This document shows, one piece after another, positions 53,565 to 64,000 of a DNA stretch of 64,000 nucleotides (within the stretch, counting starts at the first letter, position 1; every line of letters begins with the position of its first letter). The notes under the pieces are model-generated. The model was not told the DNA's origin and did no database searches. It worked only from the letters and a program-made list of their open reading frames with translations. The stretch spans positions 40,525,989-40,589,988 of the forward strand of contig NC_081373.1 in NCBI RefSeq assembly GCF_030684315.1, in the 5' to 3' direction. This DNA is from Stegostoma tigrinum. Lineage: Eukaryota. The position numbers and the translations under genes were made by a program.

Positions 53565-55310
53565 TGGGCAAGATCTAAAAACGAATGGGATTTGTGATAC
53601 ATGATTAACTCACGTCATTTGTGACAATGCAGGCAAGTTATGTATCACCTGCTCATTTACAGGATACAGCATGCAACAGCTTTAAATGTATAGTTGAGTG
53701 GTTACATTGTGAGTAGGGGGCACGGGAACTGGAGAGGCAAGCATGAGTACAACGTAACCTAAGGAGTAAGCCAAGCACTCAGTGCCAGGCATGTAACCCT
53801 AAGTATCTGGATAAAATGCTTAAACAGGTTCAATCTCCTTGAAAGTGGTCAAGATCAGTGAATACACATCCAAGGCCACAACCCACCAAATGCACCACAA
53901 CCTTCATACATTGAGCAATATACCATAGACCCCATCACTAACCTATCAAAATTACCAATTACACCTGACACAGTACAAGCCTCACTACCAGATCCTCAAA
54001 TTGATCACATTTCAATCCATTCAATTAAGAGAACATCATCCAAACACATTGGGCCACACTCACTAACACACTTCCCTCCATCTGGCAGGAAAAGCTATTG
54101 CAGAGCCAATGATACCAGCACTTATGCAGCAGTGCATCGACACAACTGCAGCTGAAAGAAACAGCTGTAACTGGCTATCTCCAGCCAAGAGGATGAAAAT
54201 GACAGCATATTCCTGTCTAATTGTCTTGTCATAGTCTGTTTCTCTCTCAACGTACAGTTTTTTCTAATCTGCGGCTGCAAACATTGCAAACCTACAGCTC
54301 TTCCCTCACCACAAACCTATAATTGTACTTTTCCCCTTTCAGATACACAAGAACTAACCTGACAATGTTGCAGGAGTTTAAACCCCAAGATGATCAATTG
54401 GTTACACGCCTATAGACCCTAGCTCAGATACTAGCACTCTTAGAGAAGGTAGTACAGAGGCAGGATCCGCACATGGTGAGTCTTTGAACATGAATGCTTT
54501 GTTTGGTAAATATTGTGTGTTTTATACAAGGTAGACAAACAGGAAGCTGGAAGAACATAGCAAGCCAGGCAGCACCTGTACAGTAGGAGAAGTCAACGTT
54601 TCGGATATTACCCTTCTTGCTGGTTAGGAGGGTTTTTTTTGGTGGTGATGATGTTTAATTTTACAATTGTGGCCAAGGGGATGCTATGATAGCCTGAGGG
54701 AATGTGCTGGACTCTGACTGAATCGGGACATGTTCACCAGTACCACAACCAAATGAGCAAATCACAGATAGGCCAACCGGAAAGTGGATATGTTGTAGCC
54801 TCCTCTTCTTCCTGCTTCTGGTCTCAAATCAGTATGTATGAAGTCAATAATATCCTGAAATCAGAATGTACAGCACCATTCCCTTCCAGTATCACCAACT
54901 GTCAACCATACTGGAGAACTGTAACAAAGCCTGAGTCAGTCAAAATCAATTGTCATGTAAACTCAAGGAATGTCATGATTCCTTTAAATAGCATTGGGTG
55001 GCCAATTCCTACAACTGCTAGTACATGTTCAATAGTGCATGCTTCAAAGAAGGCCTGAGTCAAAACAATAAAGGTTGAGAATGACAATGGTGTCAAATCA
55101 GCATCACAATCTGCCTACTCTGTGTACTTCCAGCATTCAACACTAATGCCCACACAAATGTCTTGCCAATGGGCTGTGCCACATGGGCTGGAGTGGAAAC
55201 TGGCGCACTCAGCACAAGGTAAATTTTTCACCAAAAGGGAATTCCAAAAGTATTGTCTAATGCAATTGAATTTTACTGCTACATAATGAGTTACTTGCAA
55301 AGTTGCCCAT
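53565..55310 (+). mobile_element. Possible ancient PIF/Harbinger-type DNA transposon relic (Myb/SANT gene remnant)
   Basis: 53760-53853 reads *GVSQALSARHVTLSIWIKCLNRFNLL, resembling W.EVA..VSA.....R.W.QC.KRFNDL; weak gggcaa/ttgccc ends. Confidence 0.35.
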
Positions 55311-56489
55311 TATAAATTCATCAGTGCATTATCGTATTGTTTCTTTTGTGTTTATTTAACTTTGCAAAGTAAATTGATATCTAAATGACAAGCAAGGTCT
55401 GAAATAACACATTGTTATCTTTAAGGACAAAAGTGGGATATTACGAAGGCATAAATCCAGTACTAAAAGCAATTGCCCAGGCTGCACTTGCTGTCAATAT
55501 CCAAAAGCTTAGCTAAATCTCAGGGTAAAGCCAGACAATGATCACTGTTAAGGGATTTGGGACAGAAAAGAGAGCACAACACCTTAGGATAAGGAAGGAA
55601 ATGACTCAAAGAACTCTTGGGCCCTTTGATGAAAAAGAATGTTTGACTAAAACTATGGCTTTTTCAGCTTCTGATGCTAACCACCAGGATGTAGTAAATG
55701 ACAAGGATCTCAGTTTGCTCTATTGGTTCTGCCGATGTGATTTCAAAGAAGTCTTTTCCACTTGATTGGGATCAGGGGAACTGTGGCAGCTTTCCAGGAA
55801 ACAGTGTTATTTTTCTTCTTCTTTAGAATCAGAAAAGGCCACCGCAAATTGCAAATCAGTGAATTGAACTTTTGTATTTAAGAAAGGAGAGCATCAGAAA
55901 GCAAAAACTATTAGCCATTTGGTCTATTATCTGTCATTGTGAAAATACTAACATATATTATGAAGAATGTATTATCAGGACATTCAGAACATCATAATAC
56001 AATCAAGCAAAGTATGATTTGGTGAAACAGAAACCATGCTTCTCATGGTGGTGGTGTAGTGATCTTGCTGCTGGACTAGTAACCCAGGGACCAAGGCAAA
56101 CATTTTAGGGACATGGGTTCAGATCTCCCCATAGCAGAGAGTGAATCTTGATTCCGGAATATAAAACTAGCTCAATATGGGCTGCGTGCACACAGTAAAT
56201 TGCTGAAACTGTCTGGTTCACAAATATCCTTTAAGGAATGAAATCTGCCATCTTTGCCTTGGAGAAATGGCCCAGCCTGCACTTTTTTCTAAAAACATAG
56301 AATTCTTTAATAACGTGAGCCCTCTGAGAGAAACAATCCTTCCTCATCTGGGTTTTAAATGTGTGATACATTTTGAAATCTGTAGTCTTATAGTGTTTGA
56401 CTTTCCACAAGGCATTCAATTAGGCATCATATGAAAGATTACTGCCAAAACAGGTGTTCATGGTGTTGAAGTTAATATAGTGGAGGAAA

Positions 56490-57050
56490 ATCAGAACTTG
56501 TTGGAGAAACTCAGCAGGTCTGGCAGCATCTGTGGAATCAGAGTTAACTTTTTGGGTCCACTGACCCTTCATCAAAACTCAGTTTGGTTCAGAAAAGGTT
56601 GGTATATTTGCTGAAAATGGGGTGGTAGGAGAGGGAAGGAGAAAAGGATAGGTGGAGATGGAGCCCAGAGAGAGAGAGAGGGAGAGAACACCATATGGCC
56701 AGACAAAGAAATGGGTAAAGGTCAGCCTGAGGGATTCAAAAGCTGCGAATCGGGTCCATTAGGAGCTGACAATGGGTTGTTAGTGGAAGCATCCCATGTG
56801 GTGACAAGGTCTGGGGTCTGGGGATTGTGATAAGGATGTGGGAGAAGGTGCTCAGTCCCTAATATTATTGAATTTCCAGAAGGTTGCAATAGTACATACA
56901 TGCTGCCTTCTCCACACTTCACATCAGCTCTGATGAAGATTCATCTAGGCTCAAAACATTAGCTCGCTCTCTCGTCATGGATGCTGTCTGACCTGCTGTG
57001 ATTTCCAGCAATTTCTGTTTTCGGTATAGATTCCAGTATCTGCAGTAAGT
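56490..57050. mobile_element. Second-family PLE 3' fragment with inverted terminal repeat
   Basis: ggagaaactcagcaggtctggcagcatctg at the left; ctgatgaagattcatctaggctcaaaac...gacctgctg at the right in opposite orientation. Confidence 0.7.
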
Positions 57051-58199
57051 TGCTCCTCCCTGGTAATAAGGTGGAGTTGGGAATATAGCGCAAGAAAACT
57101 TGCTAAGTCTCATGGAAAGAAACCCTCTATAAAACTTGCCAAAATAATCTTTTGCTGATTTCTGGTAAATTTCTGCCCAAAGTCCACCCCATTGATCACA
57201 GTTCTCAAAGTGCAGTTTGATGCCCTTTGCAACAGCCACAATAGGATCTGTTTGAGCTCATGCCTTAAAGAGTAGGATAAAGTCAAGATCTGTGTATAGC
57301 ACATTACTGGTACAAGTGGTCTGCAGCAATTACAGGACAAATAGATAACTCATCAGAGGTGGAAGTCACTATTGTCTTTTGCTATAGATACAGCTGGTCA
57401 TGGGGTTGTTTATAGAAAAGTTGCTGATAGATATGCAAAGAGATAAACTGCCTTGAAAACACTTAAGTCATTGGAAGCTCCAAACAGTCCTACAAGTTTA
57501 CCATGGGAAGGTGGAGAGATGATAATTATATATCTAGCAGTGAAAAGATTTAGATGGGAAAATAAATAAACTTGTGTATTGGTATGTCTCCTGGGAAAAA
57601 CTGTCAAAGAACGTGGAGCAGTCCATCATCAACTTGATCAGACCTCGGCAGGCAGCTTGGAAATAGTCATCAACTCCATAGCTGCACATATTAACTCAAC
57701 CATGATATCTCAATTGACATTGCAGCACAAATAAAGCTGTTCTGCTTGCTGCAATGTGCAAGACTGGAGTCATGTGAACTCAGACTATTGCAGACAACTG
57801 GGTGCAAAATTGTTTGAAGGCTCTCACAGTTGTCCAGTCATTAATAGACTACAAGAGCTGCAGAGGTACAGCCACAGAGGGGACACATTTGGGGTGGGAA
57901 GGAGGGTTTTTGTTACGGTCATTCCTCAGAGCACATACTATAGTGGTCTCTGAGGATGGCAATGTTCAGTCTCTCAGCAAGTGTCCTTACTGTTAGCCTG
58001 CCAGCCAACACCACTGTCAATCAAGATTGTAATGCATTCTGATATCAGGCATTCTACATCCAGTGCTATGCAAAGGTGTCTTGCGGGGCCATCTGCTGCT
58101 TCCTCCATGAAACCTCAGCAGTTTCCCAGCTACTGGCCACCATTTATTGCTCATCCCAAATTGCCCTGGAGAAGCTGGTGGTGAGCTATTTTTAAGACT

Positions 58200-58730
58200 G
58201 AGAGACACAGGAGCAGCCATTCAGCTCATTAGGTCTGCTGCACCATTCAATGAGATCATGACTGATCCCAATGATCCTCAACTCCACTTTCCTGTTTTTG
58301 CCCATACCCTTGATCCCCTTATTGATTAAAAATGTGTCTATCTCAGCTTTGAATAAAATTAATGACCCAACCTCTGCAGCCTTCTGCAGTAAAGAATTCC
58401 AAAGCCCTCTGAGAGAAACAATCCTTCCTCATCTGGGTCTTAAATGTGTGATACATTTTTCTAAGATTATGCCCTCTGGTCCGAGATATTCCCACAAGGG
58501 GAAGCAACCTCCCTACATTAACTCTGTCGAGTCCTGTAAGAGTTTTGAATATTTTATAAAGATTGTCTCTCATTTTTCTATATTCCAAAGAGTACAGGCT
58601 CAATCTCTCACCATTAGACAGTCACTTAGTTTCTGATATTGACTTAGAGAATATTTTCTGGACTGTCTCCAATGTCAGTATAACTTTCCTTAGATGCGGG
58701 GCCCAAAACTGTTCATAGTATTCCAGCTTT
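58200..58730 (-). mobile_element. CR1 LINE 3' end
   Basis: LYSLEYRKMRDNL.KIFK.L.GLDRV...SRTRGHNL. Confidence 0.8.
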
Positions 58731-59849
58731 CTTGAAGTCTTTGGGGAGCAGGGATGTCTACCATGCTGTTAGGAAGGGAGCTCCAGGATTTCCATCCAGG
58801 GACAGAGAAGGAATGGTGACTTAACTCTATGTCAGGATGTTGTGTGGACTTGAAGTGGAACTTCCATGTGGTGGTGTTCCCATGTGTTTGTTGCTCGTGT
58901 CCTTCTACACTGCACTGGTCATGGTTTCAGAAGGTGCTATCAGAGATGCTTTGTCAAGTTTATTTATTTCAGATCACAACTCCTTCCCCTTATCTGTTTG
59001 GACGTTGTGGATGATTTGCTTTCCCACTTATGCCTCTTCTATTTTTTTATTTCTTTACTTGTCCTATTACAACAGGTCTTTGCTTGTCATTCATCTCCAT
59101 TTTGTTATTTAACCCCTCCTGCCATCCACCCAAATATCTTTCCCTTTATTCTTTTCTTCCTTCTCTCCTCTCTTTAAAATCGGCTACGTTGCTGTTTTTA
59201 AAGCGAAGATTTTTAGATGAAGGATCAACAATTTCAAACAATGGCCCAGTTTCCAGGAATTCAGAGACCAGCAGTACAATCAGAGAAGGGTGTCAGTCCG
59301 CTTTTGAGTCCCATCGCAGTGACTCAGTGGAAATTGGCTAGGACATCTGAACTTTCAGTGGACAAACCCCTTGCTCTCGAGGACACTGCGAAAAGTCTAC
59401 GATTCTGCATTGGACACTTCCAATGCATTTAAGCTGACACACAACACCCTGCTACTCTACCCACTTGTCACCTTCCTTACACCCTATCCCTTGCCCAGCT
59501 GCCTCACCATGTTACCAGTCTCCACTTTCACCCTCGTATACTCATTCACTAACAGAGAAAAGCTGCTTGAACGTTGCAAAGGTTTTCAGTGTGTTAACAA
59601 GTGAATTTAACTGGTCAGGAGTTCTCCCAAACTGGGGAACCATTGTCATCATCAATGAGAATAGTTCTAGGTGGTTATGGAAGTCTGACAACATTCAGGT
59701 TAATGAACATCAATGGGCTTTATTGAATATAACACAAGAGAAGGTAGGAGAGGGCATATCAGAGACTGTACACACTAGGCTCCTGCTTCCAAATAACTTG
59801 ATGGCATTGTCCACTAATTATCACAGCAACCCACCATACTATGGTCTAT

Positions 59850-60120
59850 TAGATGAGAGGGAACAGATTTAAAAGGAACCTAAGGGGCAACTTCTTCACG
59901 CAGTGGATTGTGTGTGTGGAATGAGCTGCATGAGGAAGCGGTAGAGGCTGATACAATTACAACATTTGAAAGGCATGTGGATAGGTATATGAATAGAAAG
60001 GGTTTAGAGGGATACGGGCAAATGCTAGCAAATGGGATGAGATTAATTTAGGATATCTGGTCAGCATGGACGAGTTGGACCAAAGGGACTGTTTCCATAC
60101 TGTACATCTATCATTCTATA
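59850..60120 (+). mobile_element. CR1 LINE 3' end
   Basis: LRGNFFTQ..V..WNEL.EE.VEA.TI.TF remnant and 3' UTR. Confidence 0.8.
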
Positions 60121-61064
60121 TCCAAAACCAAAATAGTACGTTGTCTCTGTGAAATGTGTGTCTAAATTTCACAAAAAGCTCTTTTTCCGATTTTATGAAA
60201 ACATTGTGAAAAAGAAAGAAATTCAGCCCTGAAGATGTTAAAACAAAACGTAAAAAAAAACTTTGCTCTCAAGTACTTAGCAGCCTTTTCCAACAAATTT
60301 ATTGTAGTAGGAGACAACTATTCTATAGTGTTGATTAATGACCTCGTTTACTTCCTTCCAAAACACGATGAAAAGATTATTCAATCGAAAATCCAAAGAT
60401 AGAGTGGAAGCCCATTGTAAGACAGATGTGTCCAGAAATATCTGCAGCAAAATGGACTTACCGCTGTAATTTATAACAGAGACTGCCGCACTTAATTCTG
60501 GACGGAGTGTAGTGTAGAGTTCATTCAACTCCCAGAGCAAATACTTGAAATGAAAGGATTCCACCTGTAAAGTACTTCACCACATCGTTCAAAAACATCT
60601 CAAAGCACTTCTCATACAGCTAATTAATTTTGAAGTGGAAAAAGTGCTATTCTTTACATTGTTGTTGTTGTTCCTTGAGGAAGAACTAATGCCATCCAGA
60701 ACACAAGGAGAAATCAGTACTTGTTTACAAAAAGTGCCATGGGATTGTTAACATGGGCCTGAAACAGTGGAACCATTCCTGTTTCAAATTAAAGACTGAG
60801 CTGAGGAGATGTCCATGTTTGGGAATGTTGTCTAGGGAGGGTCTGCTCACTGTGTTGTATGAGCTGCTGCTCATGATGGACGTTGCTGCCACCATCTTCC
60901 TTAAGTGTAGAAAAGTAAAGGGCTTGCTCGTCTAATGCGGTGTAAGGAAACAATTTCCTGGTCCAACAGAAGAATCTTTTGTGGATAACAAGATGAAGTT
61001 GTTGTGTCCAGATGACATGAAGAGAAAGTTGAAACAAAAGCAGAAGTTTTTGTTTTAAAAATTT

Positions 61065-61412
61065 ACTCATGGGATGATGGCATCATTGGCAGGCCAGCAT
61101 TTATTACCCACCACTAATTGTGAGGGCTGTTGAGAGTCATTGCTGTGTTCTGGAGTCACTTGTAGGCCAGACCAGGTCAGGATTTCCTCCCCTAAAAGGA
61201 CATTAGTGAAACAGATGGGTTTTTCCCTCAACATTTGACAATGGAGTCATTGTCATCGTTCGGCTCTTAATTCCATATTTTTTTAAAAATTGAATTTAAT
61301 TGAAGTTAAATTCCACCATCTGCCATAGCCAGACTTAACCTGGATCCTCAGAACATTACCTGGGTCTCCAGACTGATATTGTAGCAAAAATACCACAAGG
61401 CTATTGCCTCCC
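61065..61412 (-). mobile_element. tRNA-derived SINE (family of 34131-34478)
   Basis: Reverse complement of the same core and tail. Confidence 0.7.
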
Positions 61413-61414
61413 CT

Positions 61415-61610
61415 TGCTGGGAAAGCTCAGGAATCTGGCTGCATTTGTGGAGAGAAAACATTGAGACCTTTTTCTGAAAAAGGGTCACTGGACTCAAAAC
61501 TCTAACTCTGTTTTTTCTCTCCACAGATGCTGCCAGACCTGTTGAGCTTTTCCAGCAATTTCTTTTTATGATTCAGATTTCTAGCATCCTTGCTCTTTGT
61601 TTTATTTTAA
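61415..61610. mobile_element. Decayed palindromic mini-element of the second PLE terminal family
   Basis: ttgctgggaaagctcag..tctggc.gcatttgtggagagaaaa followed by the inverted ttttctctccacagatgctgccagacc..tgagcttttccagcaa. Confidence 0.7.
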
Positions 61611-61721
61611 AGAAGAGAAAGATCTTAACCCTTGAAAAAAAAGACAGTATCGTATTTAAATTAATAAAATGTGAGGCTGGATGAACACAGCAGGCCAAGC
61701 AGCATCTCAGGAGCACAAAAG

Positions 61722-61753
61722 CTGACGTTTCGGGCCTAGACCCTTCATCAGAG
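61722..61753 (-). ncRNA. Minimal type I hammerhead ribozyme motif in PLE terminal repeat
   Basis: Minus strand CU-CUGAUGA-A-GGGUCUAGGCCC-GAAAC-GUC-AG: core boxes, stem II, palindromic ACGU in place of stem III; minimal hammerheads are an established feature of PLE pLTRs. Confidence 0.8.
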
Positions 61754-61975
61754 AGGGGGATGGGGGGAGGGAACGGGAATAAATAGGGAGAGAGGGGGAG
61801 GCGGACCGAAGATGGAGAGTGAAGAAGATAGGTGGAGAGGGTGTAGGTGGGGAGGTAGGGAGGGGATAGGTCAGTCCAGGGAAGACGGACAGGTCAAGGA
61901 GGTGGGATGAGGTTAGTAGGTAGCTGGGGGTGTGGCTTGGGGTGGGAGGAAGGGATGGGTGAGAGGAAGAACCGG

Positions 61976-63910
61976 TTAGGGAGGCAGAGACAGGTTGGAC
62001 TGGTTTTGGGATGCAGTGGGTGGGGGGGAAGAGCTGGGCTGGTTGTGTGGTGCAGTGGGGGGAGGGGATGAACTGGGCTGGTTTAGGGATGCAGTAGGGG
62101 AAGGGGAGATTTTGAAACTGGTGAAGTCCACATTGATACCATATGGCTGCAGGGTTCCCAGGCGGAATATGAGTTGCTGTTCCTGCAACCTTCGGGTGGC
62201 ATCATTGTGGCAGTGCAGGAGGCCCATGATGGACATGTCATCAAGAGAATGGGTGGGGGAGTGGAAATGGTTTGCGACTGGGAGGTGCAGTTGTTTGTTG
62301 CGAACTGAGCGGAGGTGTTCTGCAAAGCGGTCCCCAAGCCTCCGCTTGGTTTCCCCAATGTAGAGGAAGCCGCACCGGGTACAGTGGATGCAGTATACCA
62401 CATTGGCAGATGTGCAGGTGAACCTCTGCTTAATGTGGAATGTCATCTTGGGGCCTGGGATGGGGGTGAGGGAGGAGGTGTGGGGACAAGTGTAGCATTT
62501 CCTGCGGTTGCAGGGGAAGGTGCCGGGTGTGGTGGGGTTGGAGGGCAGTGTGGAGCGAACAAGGGAGTCACGGAGAGAGTGGTCTCTCCGGAAAGCAGAC
62601 AGGGGAGGGGATGGAAAAATGTCTTGGGTGGTGGGGTCGGATTGTAAATGGCGGAAGTGTCGGAGGATAATGCGTTGTATCCGGAGGTTGGTAGGGTGGT
62701 GTGTGAGAACGAGGGGGGTCCTCTTGGGGCGGTTGTGGCGGGGGCGGGGTGTGAGGGATGTGTCGCGGGAAATGCGGGAGACGCGGTCAAGGGCGTTCTC
62801 GATCACCGTGGGGGGAAAGTTGCGGTCCCTCAAGAACTTGGACATCTGGGATGTGCGGGAGTGGAATGTCTTATCGTGGGAGCAGATGCGGCGGAGGCGG
62901 AGGAATTGGGAATAGGGGATGGAATTTTTGCAGGAGGGTGGGTGGGAGGAGGTGTATTCTAGGTAGCTGTGGGAGTCGGTGGGCTTGAAATGGACATCAG
63001 TTACAAGCTGGTTGCCTGAGATGGAGACTGAGAGGTCCAGGAAGGTGAGGGATGTGCTGGAGATGGCCCAGGTGAACTGAAGGTTGGGGTGGAAGGTGTT
63101 GGTGAAGTGGATGAACTGTTCGAGCTCCTCTGGGGAGCAAGAGGCGGCGCCGATACAGTCATCAATGTACCGGAGGAAGAGGTGGGGTTTGGGGCCTGTG
63201 TAGGTGCGGAAGAGGGACTGTTCCACGTAACCTACAAAGAGGCAGGCATAGCTGGGGCCCATGCGGGTGCCCATGGCCACCCTCTTAGTCTGTAGGAAGT
63301 GGGAGGAGTCAAAAGAGAAGTTGTTGAGTGTGAGGACGAGTTCAGCTAGGCGGATGAGAGTGTCGGTGGAGGGGGCCTGGTCGGGCCTGCTGGACAGGAA
63401 GAAGCGGAGGGCCTTGAGGCCATCTCCATGCGGAATGCAGGTGTACAGGGACTGGACGTCCATGGTGAATATGAGGTGTTGGGGGCCAGGGAATTGGAAG
63501 TCCTGGAGGAGGTGGAGGGCGTGGGTGGTGTCACGGACATAGGTGGGGAGTTCCTGGACCAAAGGGGAGAAAATGGAGTCCAGATAGGTGGAGATGAGTT
63601 CGGTGGGGCAGGAGCAGGCTGAGACGATGGGTCGACCAGGGCAGGCAGGTTTGTGGATTTTGGGAAGGAGATAGAAACGGGCCGTGCGGGGTTGGGGAAC
63701 AATGAGGTTGGAGGCTGTGGGTGGGAGGTCCCCTGAGGTGATGAGGTCATGAATGGTGTTGGAGATGATGGTTTGGTGCTCGGGTGTGGGGTCATGATCG
63801 AGGAGGCGGTAGGAGGTGGTGTCGGAGAGTTGGCGTCTGGCCTCGGCGATGTAGAGGTCAGTGCGCCATACTACCACTGCGCCACCCTTGTCTGCGGGTT
63901 TGATGGTGAT
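61976..63910 (-). CDS. Penelope-like element RT + GIY-YIG endonuclease ORF, 5'-truncated (no native start), Neptune-like Cys-rich linker
   Basis: Frame stays open upstream of the called GTG through ITIKPADKGGAVVVW; motifs FYLLPKIHK, GRPIVS, TMDVQSLYT, AMGTRMGPSYA, FLRYIDD, FLDL; linker CNRRKCYTC; endonuclease VVYCIHCTRCGFLYIGET...RFAEH...HF...E...NV. Confidence 0.93.
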   Translation of the reverse strand: MTIKPADKGGAVVVWRTDLYIAEARRQLSDTTSYRLLDHDPTPEHQTIISNTIHDLITSGDLPPTASNLIVPQPRTARFYLLPKIHKPACPGRPIVSACSCPTELISTYLDSIFSPLVQELPTYVRDTTHALHLLQDFQFPGPQHLIFTMDVQSLYTCIPHGDGLKALRFFLSSRPDQAPSTDTLIRLAELVLTLNNFSFDSSHFLQTKRVAMGTRMGPSYACLFVGYVEQSLFRTYTGPKPHLFLRYIDDCIGAASCSPEELEQFIHFTNTFHPNLQFTWAISSTSLTFLDLSVSISGNQLVTDVHFKPTDSHSYLEYTSSHPPSCKNSIPYSQFLRLRRICSHDKTFHSRTSQMSKFLRDRNFPPTVIENALDRVSRISRDTSLTPRPRHNRPKRTPLVLTHHPTNLRIQRIILRHFRHLQSDPTTQDIFPSPPLSAFRRDHSLRDSLVRSTLPSNPTTPGTFPCNRRKCYTCPHTSSLTPIPGPKMTFHIKQRFTCTSANVVYCIHCTRCGFLYIGETKRRLGDRFAEHLRSVRNKQLHLPVANHFHSPTHSLDDMSIMGLLHCHNDATRRLQEQQLIFRLGTLQPYGINVDFTSFKISPSPTASLNQPSSSPPPTAPHNQPSSSPPPTASQNQSNLSLPP

Positions 63911-64000
63911 TTGTTTTTAAAAGAAATGGACTCTTGCCAAATTGAAAAAGTCCGCAACTGAAAACAGAATAGTCCAGTTGGCTATTTTTAGAAATTATCA

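Larger units (their letters stand above)
61662..63910 (-). mobile_element. Penelope-like retroelement, young 5'-truncated copy with 3' terminal repeat (pLTR)
   Basis: ORF above followed by a C/T-rich 3' region and the hammerhead-bearing terminal repeat; ends abruptly at 63910 into AT-rich flank; no clear TSD. Confidence 0.92.

Noticed and set aside
61995-63961. Multiple overlapping plus-strand ORFs antisense to the PLE ORF (also at 13220-14030, 16400-16781, 41336-42019)
   Set aside because: Shadow frames of GC-rich PLE sequence with no recognisable domains

Overview
Eukaryotic, repeat-dense genomic DNA, most likely from a shark or other cartilaginous fish (HE1-type and Deu-type SINEs, CR1 LINEs). 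The window is the interior of a minus-strand DNTT (terminal deoxynucleotidyl transferase) gene. Three coding exons are recognisable, equivalent to human exons 8, 9 and 10 (38628-38727, 32218-32517, 14762-14845); they splice in frame and carry all three catalytic aspartates. The rest is intron filled with retroelements: many decayed CR1 LINEs, SINEs, a Gypsy RT relic, an internally deleted R2-like element with no visible rDNA flank, and a rich set of Penelope-like elements (PLEs). The PLEs range from a 5'-truncated copy with a still-open RT + GIY-YIG ORF (61662-63910) down to 80-230 bp insertions made only of the terminal repeat that carries a minimal hammerhead ribozyme motif. The most striking unexplained structure is a set of short head-to-head palindromic PLE-end insertions. 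Several have 13-16 bp target-site duplications (TSDs), one 'tailed' and one 'tail-less' arm, and variants shared by both arms. Repeat boundaries are approximate unless a TSD is quoted.
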